Positions 20,018 to 29,545 are shown, counted from the first letter of the stretch. The stretch is 63,310 nt of DNA from Kiritimatiellia bacterium (GCA_017648065.1 JAGCJJ010000083.1:1-63310), one strand, 5' to 3'. Notes: generated from the letters alone by a model not told the origin. Made by a program: numbers and translations.

Positions 20018-21269
20018 TATAGTTTTGGGTGCCGGAATAGCAGGAATTTCGGCATCCTATCATCTTAAGCAAAAAGGTATAGAAAGCACCATCTATGAAA
20101 AAGATAGTGATTGGGGTGGTTTGTGTGGTTTTTTTGAAATAGAAGGCTTTAGATTTGATCGTTTTGTGCATTTTACGTTTACAAAAGAGGAATACATTGC
20201 TAACATTTTTGAAAAATCATCTCCATTATATGCTCATCCATCAATATCATACAATTACTATAACGGTGCTTGGCTAAAACATCCGGCAATCAATAATCTA
20301 GCTCAATTATCTTCTGAAGAAAAAACTCAAATCATCACTGATTTTGTTAATCGACCTCAAAAAGACGTGTCAGAAATTAAAAACTATGATGAGTGGTTGA
20401 GAGTTCAGAATGGTAATTATTTTGCAGAACATTTTCCTTTTCCATATACTAGAAAATATTGGGGGCAAGAACCAAAGGATATGGAAACAAGATGGATTGG
20501 CAATCGTATTCGTTCTGCGGCACTTGATGAAGTTTTACGAGGAGCTTTTGAAGAGCAAGAACAAAATTTCTATTATACAAGTTACATGAAATATCCGAAA
20601 AAAGGTGGATTTAGGAGTATTCTTAATCATTGCCGTAATGGATTAGATATACACTTTAATAAGAATGTTGTTCGGATAGATTCTCGCAATAAGGCAGTAT
20701 ACTTTGCTGATGGATGTCATGAACAATATGACCGCCTCATCTCATCTTTGCCATTGCCTGAAATTGTCAAGATAATTGATGATTGCCCAGCAGAAGTATT
20801 GGAAGCTGCAGAAAAATTGCATTGGACTAGTGGTTATCAGATATCTCTTGGTTTCAATCGACCTGATGTCGCAAAACATTTGTGGTTTTATATTTATGAT
20901 GAAGATGTAATGCCGGCAAGAGTATATTCGCCAAACTTAAAATCCTCGGATAATGCGCCTGAGGGTTGTTCTTCTTTGCAAGCAGAAGTGTTTTTTGATT
21001 GTAAAGCAGAAATTCCATTATCAAGTGTGGTATTAGAGAATACAATTAGCCGATTAAAGGAAATATGCAATTTTGTCGATAAAGATATAGTGGTTAAAGA
21101 TATCCGTTTTGAAAAATATGCAAATGTTACATTTACTCACGAGATTTATGAAAATCGTCAGATAATTTTAGATTATTTGAAATCTGAAGGAATTGATTCA
21201 ATAGGACGCTTTGGAAAATGGGATTATCTTTGGACGTTTCAAGCGTTTAAAACTGGAATGGAAATATAG
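19995..21269 (+). CDS. FAD/NAD(P)-binding oxidoreductase (amine-oxidase / pyranose-mutase-like fold)
   Basis: N-terminal dinucleotide-binding motif VLGAGIAGISASYHL, then YEKDSDWGG. The C-terminal GRFGKWDY resembles the end of Glf/amine-oxidase-type flavoenzymes. It overlaps rfbG by 23 nt. Confidence 0.6.
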   Translation: MENILPNNIVLGAGIAGISASYHLKQKGIESTIYEKDSDWGGLCGFFEIEGFRFDRFVHFTFTKEEYIANIFEKSSPLYAHPSISYNYYNGAWLKHPAINNLAQLSSEEKTQIITDFVNRPQKDVSEIKNYDEWLRVQNGNYFAEHFPFPYTRKYWGQEPKDMETRWIGNRIRSAALDEVLRGAFEEQEQNFYYTSYMKYPKKGGFRSILNHCRNGLDIHFNKNVVRIDSRNKAVYFADGCHEQYDRLISSLPLPEIVKIIDDCPAEVLEAAEKLHWTSGYQISLGFNRPDVAKHLWFYIYDEDVMPARVYSPNLKSSDNAPEGCSSLQAEVFFDCKAEIPLSSVVLENTISRLKEICNFVDKDIVVKDIRFEKYANVTFTHEIYENRQIILDYLKSEGIDSIGRFGKWDYLWTFQAFKTGMEI

Positions 21270-22433
21270 ATGATAAAAATTAGAGAAATTATTAGCTTCA
21301 AAATATTAAAAATTGCATTTTTAGTATTACAACATTTTTTTAAAAAAACATGTTATATATGTGTTGATAATATGTATGAAAAACATGCAAGTTGTATTGA
21401 TACATATTCTTTATTTGAATATTTACGAGCTAATAAAAAAGAGGCATATTATTTAATATGGAAAGAAAATTTGTCATATAAAACAAAAAAAACAGAGGGA
21501 GTTATTACATTTAATCGTCAGGGGGATCCTGATTCTTCAAGCTATTATTTTTTAAAGAAAACTTTTTGGCAATTGTTAAAATGTAAATATGTTGTTTCTT
21601 CTTTTTATGGTTCATTGCCTACAAAATATAGAAGTTTTTTAAAAAATAACAAATATATTCAACTTGTTGGAGTTGGACATGGTCCAGTTTTTTTAAAAAC
21701 ATTAGTTTTTGATTATCCTTTTTGTCAAGAGCAAGAATGGGATAGATATTTAGTAACTAATGATGAAGAAAAAAATATATTTTTAGCAAATGGTTGGCCA
21801 GAATCAAAGTTAATTTTAAATGGATTACCTAGGTATGATTGTTGTGTAAATACCCCCCATAAACAAAAGAAAATTTTTATATTTTTTACTTGGAGATTGA
21901 CTTTCGAAAAAGAAAGAAATAGTATTTACACATCCAAATATTTAAATAAATTATATAAGTTATTAAATAATACTGAATTAAATATTTATATAAAAAAATA
22001 TGATATAAAAGTTGTTATAGGTCTTCATCATGCATTGATTGATATTGTTAGAATGAAAGTACCAAATTTTCCTTTTGAGGTTGCTGATTCAACAAATTTA
22101 ATTGAAGAAATAAATACATCAGATTTGTTTATTACAGATTATTCATCAATATTTTTTGATTCTGCATATTTAGACCATCCTTGTATTTTCTATAGGCTAG
22201 ACGATAAAGATCGATTTCTAATTGATATAGATATTCAAGATAGAGATAATATGAAAGAAAAAGATAGTCAGTTATATAATGTATTTTATGAAGAGAGTCA
22301 AGTCATAGAAAAAATAAAATATTATATAACAAATGATTTTCAATTAGAAAAAAATAATAAATCTAAAATGAACAAATTTTTTATTCAGAGAAAAAACAAT
22401 ATTCCAACATTTATTGAGACTTTAGAGAAATAA
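21270..22433 (+). CDS. CDP-glycerol glycerophosphotransferase (TagB/TagF) family protein
   Basis: FTWR, GLHHAL and LFITDYSSIFFDSAYLDHPCIFYRLDD match Glyphos_transf hallmarks. The ATG directly follows the upstream stop. Confidence 0.8.
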   Translation: MIKIREIISFKILKIAFLVLQHFFKKTCYICVDNMYEKHASCIDTYSLFEYLRANKKEAYYLIWKENLSYKTKKTEGVITFNRQGDPDSSSYYFLKKTFWQLLKCKYVVSSFYGSLPTKYRSFLKNNKYIQLVGVGHGPVFLKTLVFDYPFCQEQEWDRYLVTNDEEKNIFLANGWPESKLILNGLPRYDCCVNTPHKQKKIFIFFTWRLTFEKERNSIYTSKYLNKLYKLLNNTELNIYIKKYDIKVVIGLHHALIDIVRMKVPNFPFEVADSTNLIEEINTSDLFITDYSSIFFDSAYLDHPCIFYRLDDKDRFLIDIDIQDRDNMKEKDSQLYNVFYEESQVIEKIKYYITNDFQLEKNNKSKMNKFFIQRKNNIPTFIETLEK

Positions 22434-24295
22434 TGAATACAAAAATATTAATCACATATAAAGATAATTACGAAAAAATAGAAAATGAGATATTAACTCC
22501 TATTCAAACTGGGCGTGCCATTTCTAATGAAATTTTTGACGGTATGATAGGAGATGATACAGGAGATAATATCTCTTCTGAAAATAATAAATATAGTGAA
22601 TTAAGTGCTCAATATTGGGCTTGGAAAAATTATGAAGAATTAGGGAATCCTGATTATATTGGGCATATGCAATATCGTAGGCATTTTATTTTTAATAAGA
22701 ATGCAAGTTTTAGTATGCATACACCTAAAGAGCAAATTAATGGGTTTTCGGTTAAATTTGTTGAAAATCTAACAGATGATTATATCAAAAATATAGGTTT
22801 AGATGAGAATACCATTACTTCTGGAATCGAGAATCTAGATATTGTAGTTGTTAAAAAGTCTAATATGAGATATATTGGATGTAAAAATGCTAAAGAAGAT
22901 TTTTTAAAACATGTACCGGGTTCTCAAGAAACAGATTATAATATATTAAAAAATATCTTATTAAAAAATCATCCTAATTATATTAACGTATTAGATAAAT
23001 TAGAAAATGAACCATACAGACATTTTTATCATATGTTTGTAATGAAGCGAGAAATATTTTTTGAGTATTGTTCTTTTATTTTTCCCCTATTAAAAGAAAT
23101 TGATGGATTAATAGATTATTCTTATCGAGGAACTCGAGGTGGTCGTGTTTTAGGATATTTGGGAGAAATGCTCTTATGTTTATTTGTATTTAAGAAACAT
23201 GAAGAGGGTATGCAAATAGGTGAGTATTATTCTACAGTGATATTGAAGAATAAAAAAAATAATACAATAATTAAAAAACAATGTAATGTTTGTGATGAAA
23301 AAAAAGAAGATAGGTGTGTTGTATACAACATTGATAATTTAAATTTTTATCATGCATTAGCTTCTATATTTTCGCTAAATCAATATTTGGTCGATAATAA
23401 ATCCTATGATTTAGTTATTTTGTATAGTAATTTAAATCCAAAACAGTTGAATTATATAAATTCAATGATTATTGATAGGTTTAATAATATTATTATAAAA
23501 AACGATGAAGAGGTTTTTCATGAAAATGAAATTCTTAATAACCATTCTTTTTTGAAATCTCTTTATTTTTTAAAAAATTATAGAAATATTGTTTATATAA
23601 ATTCAAGACTTCGTTTTAATAATATAACTAATTTTTCACAATTTGAAAATGATAAAATTAGGGTTTCTAAACACCCTCAAAATGCAAAAATCATAAATAT
23701 CGAACCGAACACAATGAAGTATATTTCTAATATCTTAGAATTAGACGATCCATACAAATATTTTATAGATGATATAATATTTATTAATACGTGTCTGATA
23801 GACTTTGAAACAATAAATGAAAAAGTAAAAACAGATTTAACTTTTATAACCAAACAAATCGATATACTTAATTATATTTTTAATAAAGAAATAACATATC
23901 TTCCTGAAAATTATGTAATGGAGATTTCTTTGGCAGAACGTAAAAAATATTTTTCAAATGATGAATATGATAATGTTTTCAATAAATGCATTTGTTTCTA
24001 TAAGCCTATAGATGATCATTTGATAGGTGTTTTAAAATATATAAAAAACACTCCTTTTTATGAAGAGATATTGTTTGAATCGATAATAAATATTATTGGG
24101 GAAAAGGAACATGAGACTAAATTGTTATTTGTAATGAATAACATAGTTAAATTTAAGTTAAAAAAAGCATTATATCGCATAAAAAAGAGATTTTATTCCG
24201 GCAGAAAACAAGAAAAATATCAGAAAAAATATGATATAGTCAAAAAACTTATCAAAGAAGCAAAGCATCATAATAAATCTTTATTTAAGTTTTAA
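22433..24295 (+). CDS. DUF4422 domain protein fused to a degenerate GT8-like C-terminal domain
   Basis: The N-terminus (ILITYKD..PIQTGRA..GDNISSENNKYSELSAQYWAWKN..HMQYRRHF) is the DUF4422 signature. The C-terminal 330 aa are collinear with the GT8 half and tail of the 24810-27146 product (TPFYEEI..KKALYRIKK..EAKHH). Confidence 0.75.
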   Translation: MNTKILITYKDNYEKIENEILTPIQTGRAISNEIFDGMIGDDTGDNISSENNKYSELSAQYWAWKNYEELGNPDYIGHMQYRRHFIFNKNASFSMHTPKEQINGFSVKFVENLTDDYIKNIGLDENTITSGIENLDIVVVKKSNMRYIGCKNAKEDFLKHVPGSQETDYNILKNILLKNHPNYINVLDKLENEPYRHFYHMFVMKREIFFEYCSFIFPLLKEIDGLIDYSYRGTRGGRVLGYLGEMLLCLFVFKKHEEGMQIGEYYSTVILKNKKNNTIIKKQCNVCDEKKEDRCVVYNIDNLNFYHALASIFSLNQYLVDNKSYDLVILYSNLNPKQLNYINSMIIDRFNNIIIKNDEEVFHENEILNNHSFLKSLYFLKNYRNIVYINSRLRFNNITNFSQFENDKIRVSKHPQNAKIINIEPNTMKYISNILELDDPYKYFIDDIIFINTCLIDFETINEKVKTDLTFITKQIDILNYIFNKEITYLPENYVMEISLAERKKYFSNDEYDNVFNKCICFYKPIDDHLIGVLKYIKNTPFYEEILFESIINIIGEKEHETKLLFVMNNIVKFKLKKALYRIKKRFYSGRKQEKYQKKYDIVKKLIKEAKHHNKSLFKF

Positions 24296-24296
24296 T

Positions 24297-24623
24297 ATGA
24301 AAAATATTAGAATATTTGTGACCTATCACGATGATCATTATAGGATTAAGTCTAATATCCTTGAACCTATTCAGACAGGTTGTATTAATGCACCAAAATT
24401 GTTTGATGGTATGTTGCGTGATGATATCGGTGATAATATCTCGGATAAAAATGACAAATATTGTGAACTTTCCGCTCAGTATTGGGTTTGGAAGAATTAT
24501 GATAAAGTCGGAGTTCCTGATTATATTGGTTTTATGCATTATCGTAGACATTTTATATCTGATAATTGGCAAGGTTTTCCTGATTGGAGCTGGTTGCCTA
24601 AAGGAAATATGCATTTTTGTTGA
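24297..24623 (+). pseudogene. truncated DUF4422 gene fragment, chimeric at its 3' end
   Basis: 108 codons are ~60% identical to the N-terminus of the 22433 gene. From about 24599 the DNA becomes homologous to the 3' part of the FAD oxidoreductase gene, read in another frame, and stops. Confidence 0.75.
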
Positions 24624-24808
24624 AAACGATATACGTGGTTAAAGATATTCGTTTTGAAAATATGCAAATGTAACATTTATCCACAAGATATTTGAAAACG
24701 ATTAAATAATTTTAGGTTATTTAAAATTGTAAAGAATTGATCCAAAAGGACGCTTCGGGGAATTTGATTATCTCTAGACGTTTCAAGTGTTTAAAACTGG
24801 AATTGAAA
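24599..24808 (+). pseudogene. degraded copy of the 3' end of the FAD oxidoreductase gene
   Basis: Aligns by eye to 21055-21269 (taaaggaaatatgca...gtttaaaactggaat) with substitutions, indels and in-frame stops. Confidence 0.85.
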
Positions 24809-24809
24809 T

Positions 24810-27146
24810 ATGAAAATGAGAAAAAAAATTTATATTAAAGATTTAGGAATATCTATTTCATTAAAAAATAAGCGTAAATATTTTGAATTAATTGAAAAAT
24901 TGCAGAAAGAAGTAACTCAGGACACATATTTGTTAATGGATAATTTGTATGAAGAATCTGCTTCATGTATAGATACATACTCTTTATTTTTATATTTAAA
25001 ACAAAATGGGTATAAAGCAAAATATATTTTATATAAGAAAAATTCTTTATATCAAGAATTAAAAGAAAAAGGTGAATTAGAAGATATTATTGTTGCTGAT
25101 GAATCTTCTTTAACTGGACATGATTTATATGAAAAAATATTTTTTACTTTAATAGTAACAAAGTATATTATATTATCATTCCCTGAATCTTTATATGAAG
25201 ATATTAGAATTTTTGCTTATAAAAATCGTTCTATTCAAGTTTTAATGATTGGACACGGGCCTGTTTTCTTTAAAACATCTTTATTAGATTTTAAAAAAAC
25301 AAATTATTTAGCTCCAGAAAGATTTAATTTATATTTAGTTTCTAGCTTAAAAGAAAAAAACTTATTAGTTCGCGCCGGATGGCCTGCTGATAGAATCTTT
25401 AATATAGGTTTACCTCGCTTTGATTGGTGTAAAAAGAAAAAGCATGCAGAGAAAAATATAGTTATAATGTTTACTTGGAGATTAGATTCGTTTAGAAAAC
25501 TTTCAAATGCAAAAGATTTAAAATATTTTGAAAAGTTTGATTCCCTCCTAAATAATAAAACGCTTCAAGATATTGCAAAAACAAATGGTTATAAAGTAAC
25601 TATAGCATTACACCATTCAATAAAAGATTTATGTAGTATTGATATAAAAGTTCCTAAATGTTTTGAAATCGCCGATACTAATAATTTAATTGAATACATC
25701 AATACAGCGGATTTATTTATTACTGATTATTCAAGTATTGTGCATGATTTTATGTTTTTAAATACTCCTGTAATTTTTTATAGACTTGATTATGGAGATC
25801 CTTTATTGTGCGAATTTGATAAATATGATTTAGAAGAATGTAAAGAAAAAGATTCTCAAATTTTTAATGTTTTTTATGAAGAAAAAGATTTAATAGGAAA
25901 AATTGAATATTACATAAATAATAATTTTACATTGGAACCAGAGTATAAAGAAATCGAAGATTCTTTCTTTACAGAAAAAAAAGATATTTGTAAAAAACTT
26001 GTTGAACAATTAGAATGCTATACACCGACTAATTTTGAAAATATTGTTGTCGAACCAAACTGGAAAGATGTTAAAACTGCAATTTGTGTAAGTTCATCTG
26101 ATGAGTATTTACCATATTTATGTGTGTATTTAAAATCTATAACAAAATATACAGTTGCAAAAAAAGATGTTATAGTTTTCAATCGTTGCATTTCAGAAGC
26201 AAATAAAGAAAAATTGTTAAAATGTTTCTCAGATGATGATAGTTTTTCAATTAGATTTATTGATCCATCGCCTTTATTCAGAGATATAAATTTATATGTT
26301 TCGCATGATTACTTTAAAGAAGAATGTTATTATAGAATTGCTGCACCTAAATTGCTAAACAAATATGACAAAATAGTATTTACAGATTTAGATTTAATTG
26401 TACAAGATGATATTTTAAAGCTTGCAGATATAAATCTAGAAGGTCATCCAATCGCGGCATGCATTGAACCTCTATGGCGAGAGTTATATATGCATAATAA
26501 TAAAATAGAAGGTAGAAGAATTCGCGCTTATTCAAATGATGTTTTGAAATTATCTAATCCATTCAATTATTATAACACTGGTGTTGTTGTATTTGATGTT
26601 AAAGAATATAATAGATTAAATTCATTTGATATAATATGTGATATTGTTAATCAAAATCAGTTGTTATATCAAGAGCAATGTGCTTTAAATATATTATTTA
26701 ATAATAATTTCTATACCCTACCTAATGTTTGGAATTATGAATTAGCTCCTTCGTTAATAAACAATAAATATAATTTTGATTTTTATAATGAATATAAATC
26801 ACAAGAAAAAAATGCTAAAATATTGCATTACCTAGGGAGGTATAAACCTTGGAAAAATCAATTAGAATATAAAGCTGATATTTGGTGGGAATATGCAAGA
26901 AGAACTCCTTTTTATGAAGAAATTTTTGCTCAATTACTAGATGCTAAGATTTCTCAAAATAAAAAGGAAATAAGGTTAAGATGTGTTGCACATCATATGG
27001 CTAAATTTATGTTCAAAAAAGCATTATATCGCATCATGAAAACTTTTTATTTCGGTAAAAAAAATAAAGAATATCAATTAAAATATGATAAAGTAAAAAC
27101 CCTTATTAGAGAAGCAAAGCATTATAAAAAAATATTTAAGTTTTAA
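24810..27146 (+). CDS. two-domain enzyme: TagF-like CDP-alcohol phosphotransferase domain plus GT8 glycosyltransferase domain
   Basis: The N-terminal half is a paralogue of the 21270 gene (FTWR, ALHHSI, LFITDYSSIVHDFMFLNTPVIFYRLD). The C-terminal half carries GT8 marks (FTDLDLIVQDD DxD, YYNTGVVVFDV, HYLGRYKPW). Confidence 0.85.
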   Translation: MKMRKKIYIKDLGISISLKNKRKYFELIEKLQKEVTQDTYLLMDNLYEESASCIDTYSLFLYLKQNGYKAKYILYKKNSLYQELKEKGELEDIIVADESSLTGHDLYEKIFFTLIVTKYIILSFPESLYEDIRIFAYKNRSIQVLMIGHGPVFFKTSLLDFKKTNYLAPERFNLYLVSSLKEKNLLVRAGWPADRIFNIGLPRFDWCKKKKHAEKNIVIMFTWRLDSFRKLSNAKDLKYFEKFDSLLNNKTLQDIAKTNGYKVTIALHHSIKDLCSIDIKVPKCFEIADTNNLIEYINTADLFITDYSSIVHDFMFLNTPVIFYRLDYGDPLLCEFDKYDLEECKEKDSQIFNVFYEEKDLIGKIEYYINNNFTLEPEYKEIEDSFFTEKKDICKKLVEQLECYTPTNFENIVVEPNWKDVKTAICVSSSDEYLPYLCVYLKSITKYTVAKKDVIVFNRCISEANKEKLLKCFSDDDSFSIRFIDPSPLFRDINLYVSHDYFKEECYYRIAAPKLLNKYDKIVFTDLDLIVQDDILKLADINLEGHPIAACIEPLWRELYMHNNKIEGRRIRAYSNDVLKLSNPFNYYNTGVVVFDVKEYNRLNSFDIICDIVNQNQLLYQEQCALNILFNNNFYTLPNVWNYELAPSLINNKYNFDFYNEYKSQEKNAKILHYLGRYKPWKNQLEYKADIWWEYARRTPFYEEIFAQLLDAKISQNKKEIRLRCVAHHMAKFMFKKALYRIMKTFYFGKKNKEYQLKYDKVKTLIREAKHYKKIFKF

Positions 27147-27147
27147 G

Positions 27148-27272
27148 ATGGCAAATATTTAAATATTTGTATTTTCTCATGATGAATATTGTGAGCTTTC
27201 TGTACTATACTAATATATGGAGAATTATGTTAAAACCTAATTACTAATTATGCCAGTTTTATGTATTATCAA
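27148..27272 (+). pseudogene. heavily degraded DUF4422 gene start
   Basis: atggcaaatatttaaatatttgt... aligns to the start of 24297, with an internal deletion of ~100 nt and stop codons. It sits 1 nt after the upstream stop, the same position as 24297. Confidence 0.6.
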
Positions 27273-27412
27273 AAATACTCTTTTGTTTAATAATTTGGTG
27301 ATCTAATAGGTTTATAAGTAAAATTACTTTTTGTGAAAAAGGAGATGTTTAAGAAAAATCAGATGAAGATTTTTATTAGGAACAAAAATTAACATTAACA
27401 GTTTTAGAGTAA

Positions 27413-29179
27413 ATGAAGAATATGAATTTAATAAAAAATATAAAACAATCTAATTTGATTCAAAATTATTCAAAATTTTTCCCTTATGTGAAGCCATATT
27501 TATGGCAAGCGATTCTTGCAATTTTAGTAACATTACCATTAGGAGCTATGGATGCTGTTATCGCTTGGGTTTTGAAGCCCTATACGGATGTTGTAATGAT
27601 AGAGCGAAGTGCAAAAGCAACATCTTTTCTTCCTCTTTTGGTTATTATATTCAGTTTTGCCCAAAGCTTTTTAAATTATGCTGCTACCTATTTAAATACC
27701 TGGGTTGGTCAAAAAATTACAATGGACTTGAAATTAAGTTTATTTAAAAAATTAATGCGTTATGATCCGCGTTTTTTTGACAAGTCAACTTCTGGTGTTA
27801 TAATATATAAATTTAATCATGATGCAGAAATGGCATCTAGTGGATTATTAGCTAATCTTAAAGTGTTTACGACAAGGCTATTCTCATCAATTTCTTTAAT
27901 TGTTGTATTAATTTATAATTCATGGCAGTTGTCAATTATTGCAATAGTAATATTATTTGGTGCTTTATATCCATTAACTAAAGTCAGAAAAAAGATTAAA
28001 GGGATTATGGATAAAACAATTTTCTCTGGAGCCCAAGTAATGACACATTATAATGAGGCGTTTAGTGGGAATAGAGTAATATCATCCTTTAACTTATATG
28101 AATATCAAGAAAAACGTTTTAGTAATACTTTACAATCTGTTTTTAAATTAGGCATGAATATGACTAAGAAAACAGGTATTGTTTCTCCTATGATGCATTT
28201 TATTGTTTCAATAGGAATTGCAGGTGTTATTTGGTTAGGTGGGTGGTTAATTTCACATAATCAATTGACTCCAGGAGGGTTTGTATCTTTTATAACAGCT
28301 TTATTAATGTTATATCATCCTATAAAATCTATTGGTTCTAATTATACAAATGTGCAAATGTCTCTTTTAGCAATGGAACGAGTTTTTTCTTCTTTAGAAT
28401 CTAAACCAAGTATAAAAAATAAAGACACAGCAATTAAATTAGAAGATATTAAATCAGATATCGTTTTTGAAAATGTTTGTTTTGAATATGATGCTAATAG
28501 ACCAATATTAAAAAATGTTTCTTTAAAAATTGCAAAGGGTCAAACCGTTGCGTTTGTTGGAAATTCTGGAGGAGGAAAAACAACTTTAGTAAATTTATTG
28601 CCAAGATTTTATGACGTAAAAAAAGGCGCTGTAAAAATCGATGGGCATGATGTTCGAGATATAGATATTGATTCTTTGAGAAATATGATTTCTATTGTTT
28701 TTCAGGATAATATTTTATTTTCAGGAACAATTAGAGATAATATTTTACTTGGAAAAACCTCTGCTACAAATGAAGAAATATGGAAGGCGGTTAAATCGGC
28801 TTGTTTGGAGGAATTTATTTCATCATTGCCTTTGGGGTTAGATACCGAGATTGGTGAACGAGGTACAAAACTTTCTGGTGGTCAAAAACAACGAGTTGCT
28901 ATTGCTAGAGCTTTTTTGAAAAATGCTCCGATTGTTATCTTGGATGAAGCAACATCTGCATTGGATAATAAATCAGAAGAAATTGTTCAACAAGCAATTT
29001 ATAATCTAATGGAAGATCGAACAGTATTTGTGATTGCTCATAGGTTGTCTACTGTTAAAAATGCTGATAATATTGTTGTAATTGATCATGGACAAATTCG
29101 AGAACAAGGAACACATGAAGAATTGTTGAAAAAAGAAGATTCTGTATATGCAAAATTATATAAAACCCAATTAAAGTAG
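27413..29179 (+). CDS. ABC transporter permease/ATP-binding protein (MsbA-like half transporter)
   Basis: Six-TM N-terminal domain. Walker A GNSGGGKTT, LSGGQKQR signature, Walker B ILDEATSALD. Confidence 0.9.
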   Translation: MKNMNLIKNIKQSNLIQNYSKFFPYVKPYLWQAILAILVTLPLGAMDAVIAWVLKPYTDVVMIERSAKATSFLPLLVIIFSFAQSFLNYAATYLNTWVGQKITMDLKLSLFKKLMRYDPRFFDKSTSGVIIYKFNHDAEMASSGLLANLKVFTTRLFSSISLIVVLIYNSWQLSIIAIVILFGALYPLTKVRKKIKGIMDKTIFSGAQVMTHYNEAFSGNRVISSFNLYEYQEKRFSNTLQSVFKLGMNMTKKTGIVSPMMHFIVSIGIAGVIWLGGWLISHNQLTPGGFVSFITALLMLYHPIKSIGSNYTNVQMSLLAMERVFSSLESKPSIKNKDTAIKLEDIKSDIVFENVCFEYDANRPILKNVSLKIAKGQTVAFVGNSGGGKTTLVNLLPRFYDVKKGAVKIDGHDVRDIDIDSLRNMISIVFQDNILFSGTIRDNILLGKTSATNEEIWKAVKSACLEEFISSLPLGLDTEIGERGTKLSGGQKQRVAIARAFLKNAPIVILDEATSALDNKSEEIVQQAIYNLMEDRTVFVIAHRLSTVKNADNIVVIDHGQIREQGTHEELLKKEDSVYAKLYKTQLK

Positions 29180-29260
29180 GATAATGTTACTTTCGACTAA
29201 AATTTAGGATTTTCACAGGATTTTGAATAAAGAATTTTATGAAAATATTTTATTAGTCAG

Positions 29261-29299
29261 TCTTGCTAGTGTGTTTTAAACACTAGCAAGATTTTTTTA
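29261..29299 (+). terminator. intrinsic terminator after the ABC transporter gene
   Basis: 12-bp stem tcttgctagtgt / acactagcaaga followed by T7. Confidence 0.75.
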
Positions 29300-29545
29300 C
29301 TTTAAGAAGAATGTCTATAATATTCAATAATCTATCAGTGCGGTATAGTAAATTCGTTTCAAATGTACTTTTACAAAATATAACAGGAATTGGCGCGGCA
29401 ACTTCTGGCTTCCTTTTAGCAAAAAATTTCTTCAGGATATAATTTTCTTGTATTGTCAGTTGCTTCTTTTAACTTAAGAAATTTCAGGTTCTATCGTCAA
29501 GTCAGGAGAATTCGTATAACTTAATGTGATTCATTAATTTTAAGT

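Noticed and set aside
24331-24642. 103-aa alternative-frame ORF over the DUF4422 fragment
   Set aside because: The frame of 24297-24623 carries the recognisable DUF4422 sequence. The alternative frame is an AT-rich artefact inside a decaying region.
24821-24828. A8 tract at codons 4-6 of the TagF-GT8 gene. Similar A8 or T7A8 runs occur at 21335-21349, 21485-21492, 23252-23259, 23298-23305, 25975-25982 and 27057-27064. All were considered as phase-variation switches.
   Set aside because: At about 25% G+C, 7-8-nt A/T runs are expected by composition. None is long (10 nt or more). I have no population data showing length variation.
29300-29545. Non-coding stretch between the ABC-transporter terminator and the right repeat, scanned for integrase/transposase remnants or a tRNA attachment site
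   Set aside because: No ORF of 60 aa or more on either strand. I could see no recognisable recombinase motifs in short frames and no tRNA-like cloverleaf.
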